A stretch of 64,000 nt of DNA from the NCBI GenBank assembly GCA_013115125.1, contig JABANN010000090.1:1-64000 (forward strand), read 5' to 3'. This DNA comes from Perkinsus olseni (lineage: Eukaryota). The notes under the pieces were generated by a model that was given only the letters and a program-made list of their open reading frames with translations, was not told where the DNA came from and did no database searches. Positions 21,444 through 34,230 of the stretch are shown piece after piece (the first letter of the stretch is position 1; each line of letters opens with the position of its first letter). Made by a program: the position numbers and the translations under genes.

Positions 21444-21956
21444 GGCGGCATAGGCCCTGTACAGAAGTTTGGGGTGCCCGGAAGCCTCCTCAGCGGTTGT
21501 ACTTGTGCGTAGCTACTGCTGTAGACAGCTTCCGCAGTATCTTTGCTAGGTATGGGCATTGTGTCTGATAAACTCATTTCTTCCCGTGTATGCTAATAGT
21601 CTCCTACCTCGTCGCCAACGAATGAGGCTACTTGGATTCCTTCTACCAGCTGTGCTACTGCTGCTACTGCTGGTGGAAGTACGTTGTTACCAGTCTCTCC
21701 TCCTTCTACCTGTGCTATTACTATCATTGAGGTTTATGTTGTTGAGTAAGCTCTAGAGTTGATGATAGTATCGTAGATTACGTACCACTTACATTATATA
21801 ACACCTTTTCGTTCAGAGAAGCCCTTGCTTGCGTTATAGTCATAGTGGTGCGTCACCAGTGAAGTCTGCCACGCGAGGGGATACTTCTATACCGATGTTG
21901 AGGAGGAGCAACGTGCTTAAAGGGGGTCCGCCTGGCGGTAGTTCATGCTGTGAGAA

Positions 21957-23748
21957 ATGACGTCAAGGCCAATATTATCTGGAATCGTGGCGGTTGCAGT
22001 GACGGCGGGTGTTGCTCTGTACGTTATAAGACGAGGAAAGCGGAAAGAGCCCGCGCTGGCCAGGATAGATGAGCTCATAGTGTGAGTGGGCCCTCTCTAC
22101 TCTGGACGGGCTTTATGTCGGCTGAGAGTTTGTTGATAGCATCGCCATCATGATGATGGTGATCAGATACCCCATAAAGTCGGCAGCAGGAGTCCAAGTA
22201 GACCGTAGTGAGGTGACATGGAAGGGCCTCAAACATGATAGGAGTTATTGTATTGTTGTACCAGTGGAGGAGTCACAACAGGGGTAAGCAGCAGCATCAC
22301 CATCATCACTGGGGTTAGGCCATCTCAGGGCTCGAGGCGAGTACCGAGTGCTCACACAACGCACTGCACCGCAGATGAGTCGGCTACATCCATCGCTACC
22401 GAACAGTGGAGGTAATCCGAAATTCCTCATCAGAAGTCTACCCATGCCTTGCCTCGTGAGCAACAGGGATTAGCCTCACCTTCGCGAACGCTGACGACGA
22501 CCTTTCTTACTCGATACGAGTGCCGTTGCAACGAGAAGGAGAGCGCATCACCGTCGCGGTGTGGGGCGAGGAGGCTCGGGGGATTGACCAGGTGGGATGT
22601 CAGCTCTGGGGGCGTTCGATACACCAATTTTGAAACACAGAATCGATTCTGTATCCGCATTTTACGTGTAAAAATCAATTTCTGAATCGATTCTGAGTTT
22701 CACGATCCCTGTATTGAACGGCGGCCTGAGCATGTCCGATCCTTCACGACCCTGGGCGCCATTCCCATCGAATACTCGGGGGACTTCCGTCGTTTGAAGA
22801 GGTCTACTTTGTCGGCTGCCTGGCGTCTTGAAGATCAGCTTGTGTGCATCTCCTGGCAGAAGTGCTGGGATGCTCCGAGGAATTTGTAACACCTCGGCTC
22901 ATCTCCGTATAGCCACAGCTCCACAATTTTCGTCCAAGATCCCCCGGGCAATCCTCTCACTCAGGGTGATGCCGTGGCGGAGCGGCTGAGCAGGCATCTA
23001 GAGGTCCCCGGTGCCCGCCTGATCAAGTCTGTGGACAAAGAGGAGTTTCTGAGGTCAGCTCCCAGTTGACATGGTAGTGGCTGAGGAGCTGTGCTGGTGG
23101 TCAGATGTCTACCGCCTAAGAAAGGCGGACGAGAGGGTGATGGAATCGACTTTCAAGGTAGTACGCCACGATTACTGACACCATCACGTTTTCAAACGGT
23201 CGTGTCTGGAACATCACTCTGGATCTCCTGACCGTCGCGTCTTTTCAGCTCGTTACGCTCGTTTCACTGACCGCTGAGTTTTTTACATTTCCTCGTCCCT
23301 GCGTTGCTCGCTTGCCGGAGTCCCCTCAGACGGGTTCCCTCTGCTGCTGTTATCCCGGGCATCGGCCTCTCAGCTCATCTCCCATGTGCCAATCGCAGTG
23401 GGTCGTTGCATGGACTACCGGAGGTTCAGACCCAACATTCTCCTGGACGGGTAGGAGCTATTGGTTCCTATGCTGCGGTCTTGCGACAAATGCTCGAACG
23501 ATTTCCATCATCAGATGTCCCGCTTATACTGAAGAGAAGTACTCTACTGCGGAGTTTGAAAGAGAAGATTTGGGCTTCTCATTGGACCTGAGTAATCCCC
23601 TCTCGGTTTTCTCATACCACTTTTCTCTCATCTCTTGTCAGCTCGCCCCTGTAGCCGATGTACCGTTCCCTCTGTCGACCCCGATACCGGTATTATGGAC
23701 ACCACAACCAAGGAGCCCTTCCCGACCCTCTTCAACCTCCGTCGAGGT
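21957..23748 (+). CDS. MOSC/mARC-family molybdenum-cofactor protein, copy 1 (3' end unresolved, possibly to about 24148)
   Basis: N-terminal TM anchor, IDELIV|YPIKSAAG...GLKHDR, RRFRPNILLDG and PCSRCTVPSVDPDTG (MOSC CxRC motif). Confidence 0.75.
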
Positions 23749-25747
23749 AGCCTTGTGCTCCCTTGATGATGAGTGTTACGACCAAGGGCCCTCTCTGCGT
23801 CCCAGGCGTGTCGATCCCAGCTTAGTTAGATCCCGGACGTATTTGCATGTTTCCGAGTAATGTAGAGCCTCGCTCAAGTACCGAAATTCTCGAAATTACC
23901 TCTGGCTTGCGCGATGGATGCTCCATCCCTGAGTGTACGAGGATGATGCACCATATGGTGATGAGAATTTATATCTCGGCATTCCCTCCTACTCTGTCGC
24001 CGTTGATATATGGGTAGCCGGGAGCGGTGTGTCGTCGGTGTGTGGGAGTAGCAATGGTCTTCTATGCACTGTTGGTGACGCAAAAACTAGCCCGGTCTGG
24101 GTTAGTTACTGGCCTGTGGTTGAGCGGGAGAGAGTCGTCTTCTACTAGTCGGTCCACTAAAGTTGGAGCGATAAGTGATCCCTCGCTGTAATGCACAATT
24201 CTAGGGAATGGCTCGAGCCTTTGACTAGTGCTGTCAATGGCCGCCTTGAATGCGCAATGATGATATGTAGCAAACGGTTATCGCCTAGCATTCATCGATG
24301 GTTACACTCCGGTAGGAAATGTGACCAGCAGGTGATGCGATTATTCACAGCTGCCATCCACGACATGAAGCGTTCCTTGGCGGTCACAGGAGGAAAGTCT
24401 TCCTCGGAGTCAACGCCGTCCCGAGGCTTGTTGACAGCGAGGGGGCGAGCGCCCCAGTTCTGCGGGTCGGTGATATCGTGCGTTTTGTGTGACGGTCCAG
24501 TCCCTGACTGGCACGTTGAATCAACCGCGTTGAACTAATGCTTGTACTACTTTTGCCTGCCCCCTGCGTCCCTATTATCTTTGGGACGTCACGGAAGGAG
24601 TGGTATCCACCCGACCATACTAACGGTCTTTCCCTATTATATTTGCCCATTTGATATCAGTCGTACATGTTGTGAAAGGTTTCTCTCTCGCTCTAGACAT
24701 CGCTGCGTGATAGAGCCGAGCCCAGCTTCCAGCTATGTTGCGTTTAGGTATCAGAATTGGTTGATGCTCATGTTCTCTGATGGACGTTAAACCTGCCCGT
24801 AGTTGAGGAAGTGCGTGGTTTCTTCGCGTGTTCGTCAGGAATTTCCGATGGACCTGGTGGCAAGCCAGTCCAATGTGCGTCTGAACATCGACTCACATTC
24901 GACGGGAAAGCCACTTCACACTGTGAACTCAAAATTTGCGACTCCAGTTTGAAGGCGGGAATACACTGACTACGACTACAGTCAATAGTCGGAGTTCACT
25001 GCTTGACGATAGCTTCCAATGCCATTCGTAGGCCACCAGCAGTGGCATCCTGCGGAGTCAACGTTCCTTGTCTTATGCGATCACTTCTACTCGTGTCTAG
25101 TCTACTAGATGCGGCTAATGCTAGTGCTCAATAAGCGCACACCAGAGAGATTATCGGGTAAATGCATCGCCGCAAACTGTGGGAGTGATTCACGGGTCCC
25201 TCGTCATCAGGAGTCCATGCACCCGTGCCGACGTCTGAGTGGCTGAGCTCATCTCTGCTGTGAACATGATGACGAGGAGCTTTGTTAGAGACAACCGAAA
25301 CTATAGTTGCGCTTCAGTCCGGATCCAAAGTCTACCGGCCAAGAAAGACCAAGGGCAAAAGGGCGAGAAAAGGGAGTGACATTTGATGGTCATCTCATTA
25401 ACGAGTTGATTGGCCGAGTGCGTGAGTTTTGCCCCCCGCTGAGTGATTCGAATTCTCGGAAAAGGAGCGCCGTACCATGGCGTTCCTTTGCTAGGGCACG
25501 ATGGTATAGCGACGATGGGTTCATCTCCCGCCTGCCTATGGCGTTAAGATTTTCCCAGCGTACACCCTCGGTTGCGTTACGCTTCGCCGGATGGGGCTGT
25601 TAAGAGTAGTGCCGCAAGTCCGACGATCCCGAGTCTAAAAGCAGATTCTGATGGCTGGTGGTGGTGGGGGATCTACACCCTGAACAATCTCCGTGTCGTT
25701 TTTCCTGCGGTGACCCTCATCATCAAGACGTACATCATTATCGAAAA

Positions 25748-27772
25748 ATGCCTTCGAGGTTTCTGTCGCTCGCCCCTCTCGCTGCATTGGGAGCTGCAGG
25801 CGCTGTTCTGTATGCCATTCGTGCAAGTAAGAAGGATAAGTCAGTCGAGGCGAGGGAGCCTATTGTGGCTAGGATCGATCAGCTCATAGTGTAAGTGGAT
25901 TATCCATCCCCTGCCTTCGTTTCACTGCATATCCAGTGGTGGTTTTTGATAGCATCGCCATGATGGCCATCAGATACCCTATAAAGTCGGCAGCAGGAGT
26001 CCAAGTAGACCATAGTGAGGTGACATGGAAGGGCCTCAAACATGATAGGAGTTATTGTATTGTTGTACCAGTGGAGGAGTCACAACAGGGGTGAGCAGCA
26101 ACATCACCATCATCACCGGGATTAGGCCATCTCAGGGCTCGAGGCGAGTACCGAGCATTGAGTCAGGCTAAGACGCCCAGGATGAGCTTGATCCATCCAT
26201 CTCTGCCGAGCAGTGAAGGTGACTATCACTAGCAAACACTATTGCCTTGCACCCATTCCGCGATTTGACATCCGCCCAGGCATCACACTATCTTTCATGG
26301 AGGATGTGGAGCAGCCTTCAACCATCCACGTCCCATTGTTGACGGATAGTAGAAGGATCACGATCGTCCTGTGGGGCAACACCGCCATGGGGATAGACCA
26401 GGTGCGCCAGAGGGGCTCTTAGGTGTACTTAGTGCCTGTCAAAGGATCAATGGAAGAACTGTTTCTGGACGCCGATACTTGCACGCCGGTTCATAGTTCA
26501 GTTTGCTTTCCTGTACATCGTCTGCAATAGTACCTCAAATTTTCACAAGTAGAATTGAACCATTTCATTCGTCTTAGCATTTTGGAGGACATCGAGGATA
26601 TTCCTTTCAGGGCGACGCTGTGGCGGAGTGGTTGAGCGGGCATCTCGGGATTCCTGGAACCCGCTTTCTCAAGTCCGTTGACGATGACGAACTTACGAGG
26701 TCGAGTTATTCATGATTTTCCTCCATCATCGACTCCTTGTGGCCCTCAGATCTCTCGCAGTGGCTCAAGATAGCGCGGAAGCGCACGGTCTCGATTTTCA
26801 CTGTAAGCAACGCCAGCCAATTCTCTTGCATTATCCTCTCTACGGTACGCTGCACCCCATACTAACTGTGCCAGCTAGTTCTGGATATCCCAGGGGGTCT
26901 AACGAGTTCTCAGTCTGCTCGCGTGTGGGTTTCCGCCATGCTCCTCGGTGGAGGATAAACCGCATCAGTAGGAGATGGTTTATTTCAGACATTCGCCCGC
27001 TTGACGTCTTGTCCCGAGCATCGGCCTATCAACTCATCTCCCGTGTACCAGTAGAGGTCGGCCGGAGCATGGACTGCCGACGGTTCCGATCTAATATCAT
27101 CCTTGACGGGTAGTGAGAACTCCCTGCTCGAGCTGCAAGGACACCCAGCTGAACTACCATTATTCTTATAGATTATCAATAGGCACATATCATATTAATC
27201 TGTATTCTAATCTCATATTTTCCTTTATCTTTAATTTACTATATATCGCATACTTGAATTTACCTTACCATCGACCCGAGAAGACTTTCATCATCCTTCC
27301 AGGTGCCCTCCTTTCGCAGAGGAGAAGTATGCCACCCTCCAGTTCCAGGACAATCCGAGCCTCTCAATCGACTTAGGTGCTCCTTCAACGTTCTGCCCTA
27401 ACTGATCTGCCCCTGAGTCGCCCGGGGATCTGTAAATGTCTTCGCTCCGCCTCAGATCGGCTGTGCGATCGGTGCTCGATCCCCTCTGTTGACCCCGATA
27501 CCGGTGTGATGGACACCAAGACCAAGGAGCCCTACCCAACACTTCTGAAGTACCGTCGAGGTACCGTCATGCCTCCCCTCTCCGCTGTATGTGATGATGA
27601 TGATGCTGCAGGTAGCTTGATCAAGGATACCTGCCATCCACGCCATCGACAGTTCATCACCAAACACAACAAGTCGGTCTTCATGGCCGTTCATGCTACA
27701 CCTAGGATCGCGGAAGGCTCATCGAGCTGCCCGGTTGTTGTTCGGGTTGGTGATGTCGTGCACTTTGTGTGA
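25748..27772 (+). CDS. MOSC/mARC-family protein, copy 2
   Basis: Same exon set: YPIKSAAG, RRFRSNIILDG, CPPFAEE, LCDRCSIPSVDPDTG, VRVGDVVHFV*. Confidence 0.85.
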
Positions 27773-28905
27773 CTTCTTATCGTCTCCAAGACTGCATGTC
27801 GGCTCACTAAGGTATCACTATCTGTCGTACATCGTCCGTCTGAGCTCACAGGCTCTCCGAGTACCGAGTAAGTTCCATTTCTTACAGCCTTCACTGCTCT
27901 GCTAACCAATCCTGCCTGTCTCCCCCTCGACCTTCCAAGCGAGGCACGTCACAATGTTTCGTTGCGTTACACTGGCGAACGATCACCAGTCCAACTGACC
28001 GTCTGATACGCCACTAGCAAAAAGGCGTTGTGAGCGTTTGAAGTCCTAGGTCTCGCAGTCTGCTATGTATCATCATGGCCCGACCGTGTCTTCGAGTAGT
28101 TCCTCCTTGCCCATTAAGGGAACTCAACCTGACCACAATGAGGGAGCGGAAAATGAACAACGATGAGCAGAGAAGAAAGTGACGCGACCTTCGTCATACC
28201 TCGCGGCCTGCCCGCAGTGTTGCTACCAATGACGCATTCGGTCGCACACCCCTCTCAAGGTCTGAGGGGGCTAGCCACCATACCATTATAGAGGAATATT
28301 AATATGGTATGTAGTGTTAGTGTACCTATAATTGACATACCTAATCCTTTGGTATATTCGCCCTTTGGTGGGTGTATAGAAGCATTTGGTGATCTCATCG
28401 TTTGCCTTGTGTCGCGGCAATGATGATTTGAGAGTTATTGGAATCTCTTCCCAAGGACTTTTATACCAATTGTTACCGTGCCTAATGTATTTTACTTTAC
28501 TTCCATAACGGCATTCCCAGATAACAGTGGCGTATCTGATACGCCACTGTTATCTTGGATACGCCGTATCATATCACCATTCATATAAACCTGAACCCAT
28601 TATGTATCTATCATGGTCTGGCCTGTTTTATAGGCTCAGTAAAAATACCATCAGCACAGCACTGGATGAAGACCCAAAATTGAGCTCGATCACGTGGAGA
28701 CGCTCACTTAGCATCCTAGGTCTTTGCATGTAGCCTTCGCACACGAACTGGAGATGCTACCAGCATACAACGAACCTTCTGGTGAAGTTGATGGCCGTGA
28801 GTTTTCCGTTCGGTTGACCCGGCGGACCCACGTCACTGCGGCTTATGTGATTTGTATGGACATGGCGCCGTGCCCCCGCAGGATTTCTGCAGAGGTCTTC
28901 GTCGA

Positions 28906-30669
28906 ATGACTTCGAAGCTTGCACCGGTCGGGCCCATAGTGATGGTGACCGCCGCGGGGGCTGCATTGTATACCGTCTTAACTAATAGGAAAAACGAAAA
29001 TACTGAAGCGAAGGAGCCTGTTGTGGCTAGGATAGATGAGCTCATAGTGTGAGTGGGCCCTCTCTATTTTGGACGGACTTTATGTCGGCTGAGGGGTTGT
29101 TGATAGCATCGCTATCATGATGAAGATCAGATACCCCATAAAGTCGGCAGCAGGAGTCCAAGTAGACCATAGTGAGGTGACATGGAAGGGCCTCAAACAT
29201 GATAGGAGTTATTGTATTGTTGTACCAGTGGAGGAGTCACAACAGGGGTGGGCAGCAACATCACCATCATCACCGGGGTTAGGCCATCTCAGGGGCCGAG
29301 GCGAGTACCGAGCATTGAGTCAGGCTAAGACGCCCAGGATGAGCTTGATCCATCCATCCCTACCGAGCAGTGAAGGCAACACTTCTCGTCTTCAAACCAG
29401 CTTCCATCGATCTGGACTCAGGCATCACCCTCTCCTTCGTGCAAGCTGGCGAGACGTGTTCCTCCATCCATGTTCCGCTCGTGACGGACGGCCAAAGATT
29501 TGCGATAATAGTTTGGGACAACCCGGCCGTGGGGATGGACCAGGTAGCGACGCAGAGCCCTTACTTGGAGGACCCCCAGTTTCTCTCTGCCTACCTAGCC
29601 ATTTCGAGTCGGGTTACATATCTGTCTTGGTGGGCATCGATCATATTCCCCTTCAGGGCGACCCTGTGGCTGAGTGGTTGAGCATGCAGCTCGGAATACC
29701 TGGAACCCGTCTTCTCAAGTCCGTGGACGATGACGAACTTACGAGGTCGCGCGTTATGCGAGTATTCGAATGAATGGCCACGCTTCTCAGGTACTTGTCG
29801 GCAAAGGCACGAGACCGAGGCCATCAAGATGGACACGGTCTCGACTTTCATTGTGAGGAGTACCTGCTTATTTCCTCCTGGTCTTGGCTTCTCCAGCCTT
29901 GAGCGGGACGCGGGCGTCACTTCAGACAACTTCCCCCTCGACGTTTTGTCTCGAGCCTCGGCTGCTCAGTTGATCTGCCGTGTACCGGTGAATGTGGGCC
30001 GGACTATGGACCACCGGCGATTCCGGAGCAACATCCTGCTGGACGGGTAGCGCTTCGCTGAGCTCTTGCGAGCATCTGCTTACTCAGGCTAGGTGTGTGA
30101 ACCTTGTCGGGCGTTGATTTTCATGGAGCCGTCGGGGTTCCCCGTCCTATGAAAGGCATTCGTCTATTGGCTGTTAAATTGATTTAGAATGAGCTGCCCA
30201 TAAGATTTTCTCAGATGCCCCCCTTTCGCCGAGGAGAGGTACTCCACTATCAAGTTCCAAGACAACCCGTCCCTCTCGATAGAATTCGGTAAGTCTGTAT
30301 CGAACTGAGCTCGATTCAGCGGCTTCCATCTGAGTTGATGGTCACTTACCTTCAGATCGGCTGTGCGATCGGTGCTCGATCCCCTCTGTTGACCCCGATA
30401 CCGGTGTGATGGACACCAAGACCAAGGAGCCCTACCCAACACTTCTAAAGTACCGTCGAGGTACCGTCATGCCTACCCCCTCCGCTGTATGTGATGATGA
30501 TGATGCAGGTAGCTTGATCAAGGATAGCTGCCATCCTCGCCATCGACAGTTCATCACCAAACACAACAAGTCGGTCTTCATGGCCGTTCATGCTACACCT
30601 AGGTTCGCGGAAGGAGCATCGAGCTGCCCGGTTGTTGTTCGGGTTGGTGATGTCGTGCACTTTGTGTGA
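28906..30669 (+). CDS. MOSC/mARC-family protein, copy 3
   Basis: Same exon set as copy 2; includes one GC-AG intron (29376-29421). Confidence 0.85.
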
Positions 30670-31345
30670 CTGTGTCTTCGGGCTGAGGCCCCCTCCGAGC
30701 AATTTGAATGCTGCTGCGCTCAGTACATCGCCTATTCTTTTGCGATTGGAAGAGTTTTTGTATTTTGGGTTCTCTCCTGAAATCAGAAACATTTAACCTT
30801 CCCCTTCGATGTTTGAGTTGAACCACTGTCCGCTGTCTCCGCCGGAGACTCTTCGGGTGCTCTAGTGAGAAGTATCTCGCTGTCCTTGCCGGCCCCTGGC
30901 TTCGTCAGTCTACGTCAAGGCCGCCTCTCGCCCGTGTGACGGGCACTGAAAGGTGTTTCAACGTGGCTTGGGTGATTTCGAAGACGTGTTTCTCGCCGAG
31001 GAGTGACGGTCTACGAAACTTCGGGTGGAAGTTTCATTGTCAGCCAAGTATCATGAATAACTGATCATCGGTAGAAAGTTACAAATTAATTTTGAAAAAA
31101 ATCTTCATGAAAATCTACAAACTTTCGATAATTTTATAAAATTTAAAAATCTTACAAATTTAATGCATTTTAGTAGAGTGTCCGGAATTACAGCTCGAAA
31201 CGATCACGAAAAAGCAAGGCGGCAGGGGCTTCGCTGGAGGCTCCTGAGTGTAAGATTGTTACCGCTTGGTGGCCTGGGCCTAAGCTGGGCCTCGGGATTC
31301 CGTCATTTACCCACGTGGTTCCTCCGTCAGCTTTGCTTAATCAAA

Positions 31346-33533
31346 ATGATCCCTTCTGAATCCCCTCTCGAGATAGCAGCACAGATCGACGCCCTTACGG
31401 CTTCCATCGAGGCCCTTCAGGAGGAGGTGAGGCTCTCTGCCGCATTAGAGAGAATCGTTACTTCGTTGGAGGAGGAATACCGCACTTCTGTGTCAGAGTG
31501 AACTCGTGGGCATAGAGGCGGAGCTCCTTGCCGGATACCTCCATCGCAAGGGCGCTAGTAAGGCTTGGAGCCGGTCCTTGCTGGGCCCGAGATAGTGCGT
31601 TCAGAGGAAGAGAAAACAGGAGGGATCGACAGTGACTCGAGCGTTCAGGGGAAGAGGCTGATAGGTCGGGGACGGGGCGGTAAGCTTCCCACTCTCACCT
31701 CCTTGGGTAACTCTCGAGCGTTAGGAGCCTCTAACGCTTCTCGAAAGATTCTATCGCTCCAGGAGAAGTACGACATTGCGCAGGAGGAAGTAGCCAAGGG
31801 GAGTGGTGTATAGACGTCGGTGCATAGTCGTCTGAGCGGACCTCTCATAAAACCATCAGATGGAATCGGTGGACAGTACCCCTCGACGCAGGAGGTTTCT
31901 GTCGCCTCCTAGCTGGGCTCAGTCGACCCTATGTGCTGCTTACCTCTTTTAAGTTGGAGGGTCACGCTGGGCGGTCCATCCTTTGGAACGCCAATACCGT
32001 AGTGCGGCTCTGGAATGTATCAAGCTCAGATGCGAGTAATACAGGGGGAGGTTGCACAGGCCAACAGGCAAAGCGATCATAACATGGACATACTTAAAGT
32101 ACACATGATAGTCCAACTCATCGGGCGTTGTGCTGCTGTCTATAGGCGTTGATGGAAGAGACTGATATAAGTGCCGCGGAAGTAAAGCGGGATGCTTTCG
32201 AGTTTCGCCGCGACATCGTGGTGGGCGCTGAGAACCCCAGGTGAGCTTCTAATGTGAAGGGGAGCTTCAAATCTAAACGAACCAATTGTCGGGAATAATA
32301 ACTCGTACTGGAGATATGGCAGTCGGGCAAGGGCGTGGGAAGAGCGATCGATCTCAATCACAGATCATCATCAATCGCCACTTGCTCGCCCTTTGGCAAC
32401 CCCACATCAGTGGTCCACTGATGAGTACGAGTACGGGTGAGCATGAGTCCAGTGACAGTGGAGCTGGGCTGTATAGTGCCACTACAATAGTCGATAGCTG
32501 ATTAAGAACCCCGGAGGCCTACTGGAATTGTGGGTTCTCTTCAGGACAGGGAAGACGATAGCCGAACGGGTGCTACGATACTTTGAGGACAAGTTGACCC
32601 AGAAAGACATGTTGCTGAGCAAGTTGTTGATGAAAAATAAAGTCTGTTGGATGGCCCCCCACGCTTATGTGATAGAGTCGCGATCAGGCGATGAGGACCT
32701 CCATCAGGAGAACTGAGGCTCAGCTCAGAGATAAGGAACAGGTATTGGCCTTGACGTTGTCGGAGCTACCTGCCTACTGTGGGGAATTTCGTGGCGCGCG
32801 GTCATGCAGGCTGGCGATGGGCTGCAGTACATAGACTTCCACCAGCTGCAGATAGAAAACCAGGAATTCGTAAGAAAGATAGACGAGGCCAACAAGGAGC
32901 TTATCAGTCTCAAGAAAAACTACACTAAAGTCACCAACGTAACGCTCTCCGCGTTGTGCTATATTACAGTAATTCTCGCAGCAAGTTAACTTGACGAAGA
33001 AGCGCATAGGGGATTTATTGAGCGAGGAGACCTTACTCAAGCAGGAGATCGATGGCAGGAAGAGGTTGTTGTCGAAGGCTGAGCAAGACATCCTTAAGGT
33101 CGTATCGAATGGTGTTATGGGCTAGCTTGCGCTCGGCGGCTGAGCTCAGGTTGTATCCGAGAGGGAGAAGGCCCGCAAGGAGAACAGCAAACTGAGGGTA
33201 ATGAGGCGGGCTTATTCATGGCTAGAGGTGTCAGAAAGCGAAGAGTTGGTGGGTTCAGGTACAGAGCAGGAATTCGAATAGCGCTGGGTCGGGCACAGGG
33301 TCTGATGGCCCTCGGGTAGGGAGGGGCTCATCGGTCATCCGTTGGGGAGTGGCGCCCGCCCTTAGTTTATGGAGTGCTTAACATTGAAGGTCGAGGAACA
33401 GAACCTTGAGCAGGCTAGAAAGAATCTCGAACGGAAGGTGATGGCGGTCTCGCATGCTCGATCTGGTCATCGTTCTTGGTAGCTCGAAATTGCCGAAGAG
33501 GAATGCAAGAGATTGATGAGAGGCATAAGATGA
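31346..33533 (+). CDS. CCDC113: Cilia/flagella coiled-coil protein CCDC113 (CFAP263, DUF4201), multi-exon
   Basis: Spliced RTGKTIAERVLRYFEDKLTQKDMLLSKLLMKN...QLRDKEQAGDGLQYIDFHQLQIENQEF matches the CCDC113/CCDC96 family, with a CCDC113-like context. Confidence 0.75.
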
Positions 33534-34230
33534 TGCCGTCCATGTTGATGCTACATGTACCCCGTTCTTCCAACCTTGAGGTTCCGAGTTCGATATTGTT
33601 TAGGGGCATGGCAGAGAATTCTCCTCCTGAATGGTAGCCCGGGATCTCATCCGAACTCGAGCTCAGAGAGAGGGTCATCGCCTGGATCGGTGTCGAGGCT
33701 TACCAGTGTGAAGACTCGTGTCGCGTCCAATGAGAGTGATTCCTGTCCCACGGTCAGTGACCTTGTCAGTGTCCCACCAAGCCCGACGTGGCGCTGAAGA
33801 CACCTTACACTGGTCGGTCGTACGTTCGACGTTTTGTTTCGGGGGGTAGCATGGCAATGTCGGAGATGAACGTGAAGTCAAGAAGTTTCTCTTGAGCTCA
33901 ACTAGGGTTCTACGCTCGTTGGAGGAGCGAGTCAAGCTTCGTGAGACCACCCGAGATTCGGTGTGGCAGCCCCACTTAGACTTGGGACAGCTTCTTCCTT
34001 GGGCGTGCTACCCGACCGTCGGTCATCCGTCTCTGTGCTCGAACGAAACATTTCCACTCCTTAAACAAGGCGCGCCGAGTCGAGCCGAAGAGCAGACTTT
34101 TGGCTTTCCCGAGGCGTGAAAGGTAATTGACTTCCAGCCGTAGCCCTCTCCGCCTCCAGCCATCCTTGGGGCATTCCTGGCCGGGCTGTCCGATGAATCA
34201 CCAGAGGTTGTTAGTTTTTCTCATCGTCAC

